From the human T2T-CHM13v2.0 reference genome, Homo sapiens, in assembly GCF_009914755.1 (NCBI RefSeq), contig NC_060944.1: a stretch of 64,000 nt of DNA. One strand, given 5' to 3'. Within the stretch, counting starts at the first letter, position 1; the number at the start of each line of letters is the position of its first letter. Both the position numbers and the translations under genes were made by a program. Below the pieces are notes generated by a model. That model did not search any database. It was not told where the DNA came from and saw nothing but the letters and a program-made list of their open reading frames with translations. This document shows positions 1-13,783 of this stretch, piece by piece.

Positions 1-139
1 ACACTGATTAGGACCATGCACACAGACATTCTTGATTACAGGTCTTACAGCCATCATGTTAAAGATTTGCCTCCAGCATTCACGCACACAGGCTGCTCTA
101 CATTGCCACAGCTTTGCATCCATGATTATTATTTTTCAA

Positions 140-260
140 TTTTAAATTATGCATTGAAGCCATATTTACAAGTGCACATATCATAAATGTACAGATTATT
201 AAATTGTTACAAAGTGTGTAGTCTTATAAGCAAGAGCCAGATCAATAAATACAAGATTTT
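140..260 (-). mobile_element. Old L1M (L1ME/L1MB-like) 3' end fragment
   Basis: aagtgcacatatcataaatgtacag...ccagatcaataaatacaa resembles the antisense 3' terminus of old L1M elements. Confidence 0.45.
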
Positions 261-349
261 AATCATTAGTTTCCTGCTGCTGTAAGAATATAGACCCTTA
301 ACCCCTAGAATGAAAGCAAACTGCCATTCTATAATTAACAAAGTAGCAT

Positions 350-535
350 CTATGGTTAGAGTCAGGGTTCAACTCTCAGCTCCACCACTGGCTAATCCCT
401 CTCTGCCTAACTTTTCTCATTTGTAAAATAAGCATAATAATATACCTATCTCATGGGTATATTAAATGAGTTAATACATGTGAAGAGCTCAGAAATGCCT
501 GGCTCATAAGAAGCTCTCAATAAATGTAAGCCATA
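350..535 (+). mobile_element. MIR SINE
   Basis: MIR core/3' motifs ctcatttgtaaaataag...ataataatatacctatctcatggg...attaaatgagttaatacatgtgaagagctcagaaatgcctggc...ctcaataaatg. Confidence 0.8.
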
Positions 536-2430
536 TTTATTGCATAGTTCATTTCCCCTCATACTACTTGTTACCAGATGGTGCCTGAAATGACATGAAG
601 TGCTTGCTGAATGAATAGGAAGGAAAAATAAGAGTCCTTTACCTAACAGAATATAAAGTTTCAATGAAATTACACCATGCAGAGAAAGCAATTTGTCCTG
701 TTTACATGGAAGACAAACAAGGAACTGGACTTTGGCTTTGAGCTGTGTGAATGGGAGATGGCATTGCTTCCGTGACCCACATTCACATTCAATAACAAGA
801 CCAGAGAGAAACAGCTTTTAGGAGCCCAACAGGAATAGTCACCTAAGAGTTGCTATTTGACTAAACAGCTACTCCATTCTTTTCTTCTACACAGCCGTTC
901 CTTGCACCTTTCAACTGTGTGGCAATATGACTCTCCTGAGATTGAGAAACAGTGTGTCAGGTTCCATTCATCCTTAACATAACAGAGGAGTGGTAGCTAC
1001 AGTATACCAGAAAGGGAGCTTTCATTGATCTGCAGCACTCTGTTTCCGTCACAGGGAAGAATCTTCTTGCAACCAGGGCACTAGAGAACTGAACAGCCAA
1101 GTAAAATATTGGGCAACATCGAGTCACCCGCACGCCCACATAGAGTCCCAATTTAGCAAAAGAGTAAAGTTCATGAGCAAGACCATCACTAATAATTTGC
1201 CACAAAGAGTACCAATTTTTCTGTTTTATTTGTGAAGTGTTGCAAAATGCTTGCTGCTGATCCTCCCATTGATTTAAGTACATCTGAACCATTTTTTTTC
1301 TATTTCCAACTACAGAAATCTGTAATTTATTGAGCTATTTTTAGCTACAAACTTTCCTTTTTGAAATCTCTGGAGTTAGAAATCTAACAGGCAAGAGGAA
1401 TTAAACAAGGATCATGTAAATTAGGAAGTGTATGCAAAAGATTATTTGCTGATGTATTGGTATTGTGGAGGTACTATACCCAGCTAGAAGTCTTGCTGCA
1501 GTCTGTGGCTGTTATTTAAAAGTTATTCAAGAATTACTCTTTTCATATATAAATTATATGGGTGAATACTTAAGAAGTTCTGTGATTTCTTCATTTGCAC
1601 GCTTCCTTAAGCTGCCAAGCTGTTTCAGAAAAAACAAGCAAACAAAACATTCAATAGCCCAGTTATTTCGCTTTTTTTTACTAAACAGGTGTTTCATTCC
1701 ATGAGACAATAACACTGAAATTATGATATATATTATATCATTGTTTACCATTGAATACTGGCCAGAGGGCATTGCAGACATTCATATAGTTCTTGGTGTA
1801 CATGTGATACAAATTACCCATGATGTCATTAGAGAATTGAAATGCAAAGAGAGTAAGAAAAATCTTAGAATGTAGTTGAAATACCCTTGAATTTTCACCA
1901 TTGTTAGGGTTATTTTTTCTAGTATATTCATCTGAAGCTTCTCCTAAAAGCTTAGATTAGACATTGTCATATTTTGTTTACGTTTATTGAAAATCAGATC
2001 ATTTGTCACATTTAGGCACTCCTCAAGCCTCTCAATGGCAAACTACCTCATTTTCTGGCAGAAGACAGAGCATGAGAATTGAAGCAATAGACTTTACATA
2101 AAGTACACTGTGTACTTCTTCCCCACGGTAAGAATAGTTTCCATCCCAGACACACTCCAAAACCTTCCATGATTTTGATGACAGTAGCAGTAAAAAATTA
2201 CTTCACATTTACCAAAATGGGCAACAATAAATCTCAAGTTTCTTTTCACAGCTTTGACAATCTTAACTTACCAATTGAGAAATTTACTTAGTAAGACTAT
2301 AGGGGAACTAGGAAAATACACTTGAATTAGCTTTTATTTTGCCAAACTAATCCACTGTTGCAAGTGCCATTGCATCAGGTGGGACAGTATGTGAAATAAT
2401 GAGTGTTAACAATAGGACTCTCTTGAATTT

Positions 2431-2552
2431 TATATAGGTATATAATAAATTATATATATAAAACAAAAGATACCTATGGACACACATATTATATATACAT
2501 ATATGTGCATATATATGTGTGTCTCTACATAGATGTATATGTGTGTGATATG
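2431..2552. repeat. (TA)n/(TATG)n low-complexity tract
   Basis: tatatatata...atatatacatatatgtgcatatatatgtgt. Confidence 0.75.
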
Positions 2553-3090
2553 TAAGCTTATAGGAAATGAAGTAGGTTTGGAGTTATAGGCACACTTTTT
2601 CACCCTCACTTGCATATATGACAATGTAAGTGTCTAAAAAGAAAAAAGATTAAACAATCAATTGATAATAGAGATTTTCATAATAATGGAGATCATAATA
2701 TAGATGGAAAAAAAGAAGGCGAAATATGTGCCAGACTTACTCATTTATATTTCTTTTATTTGATTCTTAGAACAAACTTCAATTTAAAAGACAGGAACCA
2801 ATGTTGGCATCAGTTAAGTAAATAAGATTTATAGTCTCACTTACAATGAGTAAATGGAAATGCAAGTTTGAAATATACATTTATAGACTTTGGTTCCAGA
2901 GTCTGAACTGGGAAAAAAGTAGAAGGAGTAAGCATTGATATGAGCATGGCAGTGTGAGGTCAGGCTAACTATATCTGCAAAGAGAGGTACACTCAGAAGG
3001 ACCAATAGCCGGCCTTGTTCTAGCAGTAGGAGATCTATGCTAGGATTTCAACCAGGGAGATGGTGAGTAGGAAGTGTCTTGTTAATTTCT

Positions 3091-3407
3091 TTTTTTCTTT
3101 TCTTTTCTTTTAATTTTTTAAAAAATTTTGATACAGGGTCTCACTATGATGCCCAGGCTGGAGTGCAATGGCATGATCATAGTTCACTGCAGCCTTGACT
3201 TCCCCAGGCTCAGATGATCCTCCCACCTCAGCCTCCCGAGTAGCTGGGACTACAGGTGCATGTTACCATGCCCAGCTAATTTTTTATTGCATTTTTTGTA
3301 GAGACCAGGTTTTGCTATGTTGCCCAGACTGCTTTCCAACTCCTGGGCTCAAGCAATCCATCCACCTCAGCCTCCCAAAGTGTTGGGATTACAGGCGTGA
3401 GCCACTG
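3091..3407 (-). mobile_element. AluJ-type SINE
   Basis: Antisense Alu dimer with T-rich tail and J-type motifs (ctcctgggctcaagcaatcc); exact 13-bp TSD cttgttaatttct at 3078-3090 and 3408-3420. Confidence 0.92.
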
Positions 3408-4287
3408 CTTGTTAATTTCTGTAGCTCCTATCAATAAAAAATGATTAAAATGATTCTATTACCTCCAAATTTCATGCAATTACAAATGTCATGCATTTAC
3501 AAATTTCTGATTTCTCCCTAAGCTTACATTACCTTCATTACCTTACATTCCTTTACCATCATCCATACCAGTCGGAATGAAAAACCAGGGCCAATCTCAG
3601 GGTTCTCTATATTAGTAATCTCTCTTGGTTTGAAGTGAAGGCTAGATTGAAGTGGTCATGGGTCCCATACCTCAGAGAACTTAACATGGTGAGCTTAAGA
3701 ATAGGTGAGGGGAAAGAGCTCTCCTTTCCAGTCCATCATCTGGAAAAGCTTGAGAACCACTACCTCAGGTAAAGCTTCAACTATAAAGCAGAGCAGCCAC
3801 ACGGTGACATATTTCCCCTTGATGCTCTTTTCAGAATTCTTTTGTTTTGTTTAACACAAAAGCCCTTTGTAATTGAAGTTAATGTTTTATGGCCTCATTT
3901 CGACCACTATGTTGTCAGTAATTATTAATAGTAATCTATTTTGTGTTCAAATACATGGAAAGGAAAAATGAATCTTCCAGCTACACCCCGGGATATCACA
4001 TTGGTTACATCTTAGAAGACAGACTTTTGTAAAAGTGTCCCTTGAGACCTCTGCCCCATCTCAACCAACTTCATTCACATGAAATAATCTGTTAATTGCA
4101 ATATAACAATTTTTAAAAAAAGAAACATTGAATTTTTCAGTAAGGATGTATTCTATAATTTTATATGCCAAGCACTATTCTAGATTTTGATAGTGTTAAT
4201 GGAATCTAAAATTCTTCAGAAGAAATGAGATATAGGGACAGAAAAATTTTAAAATAAAGTGCTAAAGAAAAGATTTTTTTATTATTA

Positions 4288-4545
4288 ATATGTATTGAGC
4301 TCCTACTATGTTCTAGGCACACAGCAATAAGCAACAACAAAGTTTCCCCTCTTCTTGGAGTTTATATTATAATGGGAGTGGGAGAAAAGACTGTAAATAA
4401 ATGGATAAAATACAAATATAATGTCACATAGTGCTCTCAGCTTTTATGACATATAAATCAAGGCAAGTGGATAAAGAAAGACAGGAGGGCTCAGTTAGAG
4501 TATACATGGAAGTCCTCACCACTGGAGTGAAAGCTGAATAGAGTT
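4288..4545 (-). mobile_element. L2 3' fragment
   Basis: tattgagctcctactatgttctaggcac is the antisense L2 3' terminus, followed by L2-like sequence. Confidence 0.7.
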
Positions 4546-5064
4546 TTAAATAAATTATTATAGGCAAACAAATAAAGAAGTTTTAAACTTGTCCTGGGAG
4601 GCATATAGTAGGTTTCATTGAGAGGAGACATTTAATCACACTATCAAGCAAAAGGTAGAAGTTGAACCAATAGAAAATGAATAGGCCAAAATTTTATAAG
4701 GGTAAAAAGACCTACTTTCCTTAAATCCAAAGATGCATCAAATATAGTTTTACAAAAAAGCTTTAGGGAATCACAACTTAGTTTTGGTAGGAAGAGATGA
4801 GAGTTTGGTCAACACAAAATGTCAGGCATTTTTCATCGAAGAAGCTGCTGTCACAAAATTTAAAATGCTGACTAGGTGGAATTTTGCTGTGGGTTTGCTA
4901 CTTCTTTCTAGCTACAGCTAAGACCTCAGGACAATGTCTTCTCCAGAACTCATTTCTATGGAAGTGGGGAAGTCTCAACTGCTTATAAGAACTGCAACTG
5001 CACTATTTAAGAATTTGAAATTAGGACTCTTCAATGTGTAGAGTGCACTGTCCACCTCAACATT

Positions 5065-5194
5065 GCCACAGGTTCTTATTAAAATGCAATTTTGGGGGCC
5101 TTACCTCAGACCAATTAATCAGAATTTATCAGGGGGATCCTGGAAATTTTAATTTTCAGCAGACTTGAGTATTAGGGGGAACTAACTTTGAAAA
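5065..5194. mobile_element. MER5-like hAT-Charlie fragment
   Basis: cttattaaaatgcaatttt...cctcagaccaattaatcagaat...actttgaaaa matches the MER5 pattern. Confidence 0.6.
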
Positions 5195-5380
5195 GAAGAA
5201 AAGATATCTTTCCAGGCAGAAGGAAGAGCAGAAACAGAGGTAATAAGGTTGTTAGATCTTGAGGAACAGAAAGATCTGTTTAGCCAAAATATAGTTCTCA
5301 AAAGACAGAGTGATGGAAAATGAGGTCAAGATATAAGTAGTCCAAACCAAGTAGTGTCTTCTAGCTCATGGCATGGAAAC
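5195..5380 (-). mobile_element. L2 fragment
   Basis: tttccaggcagaaggaagagcag...tgaggaacagaaag...atgaggtcaag typical of antisense L2. Confidence 0.55.
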
Positions 5381-6173
5381 CCTTCCCCAACTTGAAGGGT
5401 TAGTGGGGAGTCATTGGCAGATATTAAATATATGATGATCATATTAAAAAATAAAAATGCCAGTGGAGTCTGCAAAGGGGAAGGTTTTAAAAAGCTACCA
5501 AAGAAATTTTACATCTTCATCAACTCTTTTTTAGTTCTTGTGTTTTTGGAGGATAAAGGTAAACATTGCATTCAGGGCCTTATTTTGACTGAAACAAACA
5601 AGTTTATTTTTAATGACATCTCTTTATTATTGTATACGTTACTGAAAAGATAGAAAACTGCAGCTAGAAAGATAAAATATCTTGGGCCCTATTACTAGTA
5701 TTAGTTGATCTTGTATCAAGATCTCCCTAGAGTACATGCAATTTGATGTGCCACAGCTGTGGCTTAATGCATGTGAAGGTATGCGGGCTCTGAAAGAGGC
5801 CTCAGTACACCTTGTAAAATAAGAAAGAGGTAATGTCCTAAGCAGGTCTTTATTTTGTATGACATCTGATCCTACTTCTCAACTTTATCATTAAATTTTC
5901 CAGGATATTATCTAAATAAATAATTTTATATAAGAAATGCACAGAATAATTTCATAGAGGATATCACTGCTTGCTTTGTACACTCTTACTGCAGAATAGG
6001 TTGAATTCTCAGCAGGAACAAAAATAGCTTCACAATGGAAGTAGTTGGAAAGGGTCTAGCATAGGATTCAGAGAATGGAATCTTTTTTACAGCTTGAAAA
6101 AAATATTGTTTCAATGTACAGATAGTGCTTGAAAAGATTGGTTTGGCTTTTCTAAATAAAATAATTGCTACAC

Positions 6174-6412
6174 TAGTAATTCACAACAAGGGAAAATTTG
6201 TTCCTGTTTCCTCACCCCAAAGGAGTATTTATCAGTGTCTACAGACATTTTTTATTATCATAACTGAAGGGGAACTCCTAGTATTAGTGGGTGGAGGCCA
6301 ATGGTATTGCTAAATCCTATGGTACGCAGGACAGTCCCTGTCCCCCATCCACATACATGACAAATCATTATCCAAATCCAAATGTCAAGAGTTCCCAGAC
6401 TGAGAAACCCTA
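6174..6412. mobile_element. MER20 (hAT-Charlie)
   Basis: cagtgtctacagacattttt...gtgggtggaggccaatggtattgctaaatcct...caggacagtccc...aaatgtcaagagt...tgagaaaccct. Confidence 0.8.
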
Positions 6413-6654
6413 GACTAGAAATTTAGGTATGGTAGAAATGCTTACCTTATGAGTAATAAAACAGACCCTGGACTACTCATTTGTAATATTCGTGTGTTTG
6501 CTGAAAAGAGAAATGAAGGCAATGGCCACAGGAAAAGATATAGATACATCTGGTCATATAAAATTATGTCCCACTAAGTGAAGTCCTCAGAAGCTGTAGG
6601 AGTATATTAATTTACAAAACCTATTCTAGACCATTTCAATTCCTAAATAAACAG

Positions 6655-6829
6655 CAGGAGAGAGTAATAGACTTGGAATCAGAACTATCAACTCATCTTT
6701 CCACTCCAACCCTAGTTAACTATAATTTTTGAACAAAATACAACCTCCTTGAGTTTCTGTTTTCTCCTCTGCAGGCTAGGAAGAGAAAGATAATTGACTA
6801 TAATATCTTTTCTCATCCTTATGACTCTA
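6655..6829 (+). mobile_element. MIR-family fragment
   Basis: agacttggaatcagaa...tgagtttctgttttctcctctgca...tatgactctat. Confidence 0.5.
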
Positions 6830-6832
6830 TCA

Positions 6833-7848
6833 TGTCGTGTTTTTCACTGTGTCAATCTAGCTAAATAAGAAACTTTATTTTCCAGAATGTTGTGGCCTAG
6901 ATGGTTACAAATTGGGGTTGGCCATAAGAAAAATTTACACAGATTTGAAAGGTCTTTGTAGGACAATGGATATTCACCTTGCTAGTATGAGTCAATAGCT
7001 TCTCCAGCCCATGCTGAGTCTCTCCTATTGAGGTCTCTTGAGTTCTGAGTCAGGAACTCAACTGGGAGACAAATGGTGCCAGCTACTGCACTGACAAGGT
7101 TGAAGGCACTGGTAGACATGTGCTCCCAGTTTGTCCGTGTGGGTTCTGGTTTGTCCTATTATTTGAACAAATGTCTGCTTGGTGTCCTTATTCTCTGTCT
7201 CGAATTTGTATTCATTCTTTCCTACTTCATGCCCAGGTTTCTTTCCACTAGCCCTAACCTAGTGCAACTTTGTGCCCACCACCAAATACATAGGCAATAG
7301 CTTTTCTTAGACTTTTTTGCCAGATTCCATAATTGTGTGAGATATCATGCTTATAATAAATTGTAGGAGCTCAGTCATAGTGGTGGGAGAAGCTACCGAG
7401 ATATGAGCAGGCCTTCTGAAAGTTCAGAAGGCTGTGTATAGCTTTGGGGGAGAATAAGCTGAAGGCAGCTGTTCTCGTACCCTGAGGCAGAGGGCAAGGA
7501 GTAGATACAAGGAAGCATAGTGGAATTTAGTGCAAATAAGCTTGTTTACCTATGTTAACCAGAAATTTTGACCCCAGAAAGGGAGAACAATAATGTTAAT
7601 TACCCACAGATTGTGTTGGCTCCAGGCTTTCGGCATTATGTCTGTACTAAATGAAAGCAAGCAGCTCCAGCTTATTGAGGCTGCTCACTCTTCAGCAGTC
7701 CCCTAGCTGCTCTTTCACTGCATACCTGTGTCTGCATACTCCTTTCATCCATTGCTTGGCCAGGGTCTGTGGGATGGACCTGGCAATAAATCCTTTAATC
7801 TATATCACTCATAAGGGTTCTCCTTCCCTTGTTCTTCTGAGAAATACG
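6833..7848 (+). mobile_element. MLT2 (E/F-like) ERVL LTR, interrupted by a younger LTR at 7362-7785
   Basis: Start tgtgtcaatctagctaa...ttccagaat...ggggttggccataagaaaaattt; 3' part ccataattgtgtga...aataaat, resuming after the insert as ataaatcctt...ggttctccttcc. Confidence 0.65.
7362..7785 (+). mobile_element. Solo LTR, LTR22-like (HERV-K HML-5)
   Basis: TG...CA termini (tgtaggagctcagtcatagtggtggga...gggtctgtgggatggacctggca); exact 6-bp TSD ataaat at 7356-7361 and 7786-7791. Confidence 0.75.
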
Positions 7849-7949
7849 GAATGTATCAATGCTAATGACTGAGGGGGGAATGGAGTTTAAACCCCACTGG
7901 AGATTATAAAGAAACTGAAAAATGAAAATCACAAAGTAGACATACTTTC

Positions 7950-8255
<306 letters not shown>

Positions 8256-9089
8256 TTAATTTCTACTTTTTAATTTCTTTCTTCACTTTGTGATTTTCGT
8301 TTTTGTTGACAGAATCTGCAGTGTTTTCCACATGTCTCTAATAACTACCTAACAATGGTAATTCATTTTTCTAAGCATAATGTAGCTATGCAGACCCTCA
8401 AGAAATGGATACTTTAGGAAAAGTGATATTACAATTTAAGAAATAAATTAAGCTAGAATACCATGCTCCAAAAAGTGTTCTGCTGATCAATAGTGTTAGC
8501 TTCGTTTTCTAAAATGCACTATCTAATAATAATTTTAGGAAGTATTTTATGCATTAGCCTATTTTGCAAATAAATTATATATTAAGAATATTTTGCAAAA
8601 AATCTTGACGCTAAGCAACTTGTTTAATTACATTTAATCCAGTATTTCCCAACTTAATTAAGCATCAGCTTTTATTCCCTCCTAGATAAATGTCTTAAAA
8701 TTAAAAAAAAAAGTGTAGAAAATTCTGTACTACATAATGTAATGAAGCACTGATTTTAAACAACCTAAGTGTTTAGAGAAAAGGGATATAAATATGAGGT
8801 CCAGTAGTCTTGGAGGACATCATAAAGGAAGTATAGTTTGTATTGGAACATAGGCTAAGTATTTATATGAGCAGAAAAGAGAAGGAATAAATAGCACTTT
8901 AGAAATAATGGGTGACATAATTGAGTGGAATTTATAACATAGGGAGAAAGCCAGCTTTTGGTGAAGAACTATCTGATAGAGTCATATTTCAGATGGCTTT
9001 GAAATCTAGACTAAGATTTTTTAACTTTTATTGATAGGAGTTAGAAACACAGATTGTTGAATCATTAAGTGTTATGAAAAATATGAAAT

Positions 9090-9185
9090 ATTTTCCCCAG
9101 CATCACTTTGCTAGTAAATGGTAGAGTCAGAGTTCAAACTCAGGAGCTCTGAATCCAAAGACTGTTATTCCAGTCTCTACTATTG
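9090..9185 (-). mobile_element. MIR fragment
   Basis: ctagtaaatggtagagtcagagttcaaactcagg...ctctgaatccaaag. Confidence 0.65.
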
Positions 9186-9898
9186 GATTTCCTAGCAGGT
9201 CCACTGAATAGTAAGTACATTTGGGAAAAAAATGGATTCATAAACAATCTGCGAATTTGGATAATAGGTTACCTCAGAGTGGCTTACACCTGGGGGAACA
9301 TGGAAGCCTGAACATGGGTATTTTGGAAATGATGTACCAAACAAGTTACAAATCTATGTCCTGGTCATATTTGAGGGAGCCCCATGAGCTCACTGAGGTC
9401 ATGAACCTGACACTGAAGCAAATCGTCCAACTGAAATCAAAAACAGAAGCTGTGGAATTAGCACCAAAAGACAGAAATGTAACCAAGCCTGGAGATTTCC
9501 TGGCAAGAGTAAAAGGTTATGGAAAACTCATCTCCTGCTTTTCTGGTCTAGTAAAACCTGACTGAATTATTACAGAAAGGTAAAAAATTAAAATAAAAGG
9601 ATCCATTTGTAGGATTCCTACCAAGGGAACATTTTGAAGTTGGAACTGAAGGCAGAGATATGAGGTCCAGTTGATTTCAAAACAGTAGAAAATTATGAAA
9701 CCGCTTGGACAATTAATGGCTTACCACTGTAGATCCATCTGGATCACACACTGAAGTGTGCCCCTGCTAAGTGCACAGAGATTTCTCTGGGTTTTTTGAG
9801 CATGCTTGTACATCTGCTGAAGTGATTGGAGAAAAAAACATAGACTAAGAACATCAGTTATAGTTTCAAATTTGGTTAGTTTGTAAATTCTTTACTCC

Positions 9899-10974
9899 TT
9901 TTTATTTATTTATTTTTTATTTTATTATTATTGTACTTTAAGTTTTAGGGTGCATGTGCACAATGTGCAGGTTTGTTACATATATATACATGTGCCATGT
10001 TGGTGTACTGCACCCATTAACTTGTCATTTAGCATTAGGTATATCTCCTAATGCTATCCCTCCCCCTCCCCCCATCCCACAACAGTCCCTGGAGTGTGAT
10101 GTTCCCCTTCCTGTGTCCATGTGTTCTTGTTGTTCAATTCCCACCTATGAGTGAGAACATGCCGTGTTTGGGTTTTGTCCTCGTGATAGTTTGCTGAGAA
10201 TGATGATTTCCAGTTTCATCCATGTCCCTGCAAAGGACATGAACTCATCATTTTTTATGGCTGCATAGTATTCTATGGTGTATATGTGCCACATTTTCTT
10301 AATCCAGTCTATCGTTGTTGGACATTTGGGTTGGTTCCAAGTCTTTGGTATTGTGAATAGTGCCGCAATAAACATACGTGTGCATGTGTCTTTATACCAA
10401 CATGATTTATAGTTCTTTGGGTATATACCCAGTAATGGGATGGCTGGGTCAAATGGTATTTCTAGTTCTAGATCCCTGAGGAATCGCCACACTGACTTCC
10501 GCAATGGTTGAACTAGTTTACAGTCCCACCAACAGTGTAAAAATGTTCCTATTTCTCCACATCCTCTCCAGCACCTGTTGTTTCCTGACTTTTTAATGAT
10601 TGCCATTCTAACTGGTGTGAGATGGTATCTCATTGTGGTTTTGATTTGCATTTCTCTGATGGCCAGTGATGATAACTATTTTTTCATGTGTTTTTTGGCT
10701 GCATAAATGTCTTCTTTTGAGATGTGTCTTTCATATCCTTTGCCCACTTTTTGATGGGGTTGTCTGTTTTTTTCTTGTAAATTTGTTTGAGTTCATTGTA
10801 GATTCTGGATATTAGCCCTTTGTCAGATGAGTAGGTTGTGAAAATTTTCTCCCATTCTGTAGGAGGTTGCCTGTTCACTCTGATGGTAGTTTCTTTTACT
10901 GTGCAGAAGCTCTTTAGTTTAATTAGATCCCATTTTTCAATTTTGGCTTTTGTTGCCATTGCTTTTGGTGTTTT
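9899..10974 (-). mobile_element. 5'-truncated L1PA (PA3/PA4-like): ORF2 C-terminus plus 3'UTR
   Basis: ORFs 10145-10651 and 10684-11142 (minus) give L1 ORF2 C-terminal peptides ([30 protein letters not shown]; [11 protein letters not shown]); L1PA 3'UTR and T-rich tail; imperfect TSD ttactc..cctt. Confidence 0.95.
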
Positions 10975-11554
10975 ATTACTCTCCTTCTTTATTAGAAAAC
11001 TAAACCTTATTACACTCAGAGAAATAGAATGAGATGAGTTATTAGTAAAGAGTTTAGGGTGTCCACATTTATCAATGCTGTTTATGTGTAAAATAAATGA
11101 AAAGGAGGGAGAGATATTGAAAACTGCAATCCTGGGACTCATAGTGTATTTTGAATACAGGGCTTTATTTTTCCTCTTTTTACTTCAATAAACTATGTTT
11201 CTTAAAGGATACAGGAGTGAAAATGATTTCAAATAACTTGGTGTCAAGAATCATGGAGTGGGTGTTTTTGCTTAATCCTTCTTTATTTTATTCTCACTAA
11301 AATAAACTTGGGTTATTTAGAAATAGAAAATATGTAAAAATCCTTGAAAATAAGAAAACATACCATGAACAGATAAGTAATTTTCAGCAACCTATAATTT
11401 CTTCTCACTCTCTGCCTATTCTGAGTGGCTGGCATTCATCACTTACACTTGACTAAAGTCTCGAGTACTTTAAAAATGCAAAATCTACCTTGAAAGGCAC
11501 CCAGCGTGGCAATTAAAGCTTGGTAGGGAAGCTAATCAGAACATAAACCAATGA

Positions 11555-11883
<329 letters not shown>

Positions 11884-13740
11884 TAAAAAGACAATGTTTT
11901 TGGAATATTTTTGTTAGTGTATTTAATCAAAAGTCTAAATAAGATAACCAACATCGTCAGAAAATAATTAATAATCTAAAATAACAAGTCCATTCTCACA
12001 AAACAAAGGGCAACAAGATGACTAGCTATCAAATAAGACCGAGAGCTTAATAGAATTGGGAGGGAAAGATGGAGAAAGATGGCAAAACGGAAGGCTCCAG
12101 TGATATCTGCCCTGCAAGGACAGCAATTTGGCAACCACCTACACACAAAAGGCACTCATAGTACTGGTTTTAACTTCAAGTCCCTGAGAGAGGCACTGAA
12201 GCGGTAGAAAAAGTCTTGAATTGCTGATGCCACCCCTCCCCTATCCCCATGGCAACAATGTTGTGGTGCAGAGAGTGTTGTGGGGCACTGAGGAGAGGGA
12301 AGTCACAGCATTTGCAAGGCATTGAACTTAGTGCTGTCCTATTATAAAAGAAAACAAAACAGGACCAAACTCAGCTGATGCCCACCCATGGAAGGGGCAT
12401 TTAAACGAGCCCTAGCCAAAGGGGACTCACCAATCCCAGTGGTAGGAACTCTTCCTGCAAGCCTTGCCACTGTGAACTAAAGGGCTCTGGGGCTATAAAC
12501 TTGCAAGGCAGTCTAAGCCACAAGGACTGCAACTCTTAGGCAAGTTATAGTGCTTAACTGGAGCCAGAGACAGTAGACTAGGGGGTGGGGGCACGTGACC
12601 TACTGAGACATCAACCAGATCTGCTAAAGGAGCGCTGATGCCACTCCACACTTAACCGCAGGTGCACAGCTAGAGGCTCCAAAAGATAGCCCTTCCCTCC
12701 ACATGAGTGAGTAGAGGGAAGAGTTGGGAGGGCTTTGTTTTGCATCTCGGACACCAGCTCAGCCACAGCAGTATAGGGCACTGGTCACAGTTATGAGGTC
12801 CCCATTCTAGGCCCTAGCTCCCAGACTACATTTCTAGACACATCCTGGGCCAGAAAGGAACCCGATTCCTTGAAGGGAAGGATGAAGTACTGGCAGGATT
12901 TATCACATGCTAACTGAAGTGTCCTTGGGCCCTGAATAACCAGCAGCAATACCGAAGTACCATATCAAGGGCCTTTGGAGAGACTCTGAGGCTTGCTGGC
13001 TTCCAGTGAGATGCGACACTTTTCCAACTGTGATGGCTATAAGCAAGACTTCTTCAACTTGAGATAAGCAAATGGGGATTTTGTCTTGCGTCTTAGATAC
13101 CAGCTTGGCCACAGGAGGGTAGAGCACCAAGCAGGCTCTTGGGGTCTTCAATTCCAGGACTTGGCTTTTGGATGGCATTTCTGGACCTGCCATCAGCCAG
13201 AGGGGAACCCACTGTGCTGAAGGGTGAGTCCTAGGCCAAGCAGCATTCACCACAAGCGGACTGAAGAGCCCTTGGGCATTAAACAAACAGCAGGGGTAGT
13301 GTAGATGTACTCCCCATAGGCCTGTGGTTATGGCAGCCAAGGGATGAGGCGCTTCTGACTTTCAAAAGAGAAGTAAAGAATAGAAAGAAAAGTATGCTGT
13401 GGTTTGAGTGGCAGTTCATCCACAGTACAATTGAACACCAGGTAGATTTCTAAGATGTTTAACTCTAGTCCCTGGCTTTTGTACATGTCCAGGGCCTGGG
13501 AGAACTTACCATGTTGAAAGGAAGGACACAGGCCTGGCTGACTTTGACTCTTTCTGATTATGGAGACCCAGGGACTTGAGTGAACATAGGCCATAGCCAG
13601 GGAGTGGATATAACAGGCTTTGGTTGAGATCCAGTACTGTGCTGGCTTCAGGTATGACTCACTGCAGTCTCAATGGTAGTGGCCACAGGTGTGCTTGTGT
13701 CACACCATCACACCACCCAGAGCTCCAGGTGGCTCAGAAC

Positions 13741-13783
13741 AGAGAGAGAGAGAGAGAGAGAGAGAGGCAGACAGACAGACAGA
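13741..13783. repeat. (GA)n(GACA)n microsatellite in L1 5'UTR
   Basis: agagagagagagagagagagagagaggcagacagacagacagac. Confidence 0.95.

Noticed and set aside
957-1292. 111-aa minus-strand ORF in unique DNA
   Set aside because: No recognisable domain or supporting exon structure; this length can occur by chance in 64 kb.
2062-2127. Possible 66-nt exon (ttttctggcag ... ACG|gtaaga)
   Set aside because: Short pyrimidine tract, stops in all frames and no supporting context; a typical pseudo-exon.
8440-8665. Possible hAT-Charlie/MER fragment (also ~59120-59300) and L3-like piece near 5990-6150
   Set aside because: Too diverged to assign family or boundaries by eye.
9221-9565. 114-aa plus-strand ORF (TTG start)
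   Set aside because: Non-ATG start and no family resemblance I can recognise; possibly decayed repeat. BLASTP or PhyloCSF would be needed to rescue it.
10145-11142. Longest ORFs (168 and 152 aa)
   Set aside because: C-terminal L1 ORF2 fragments of a truncated L1PA, not host genes.
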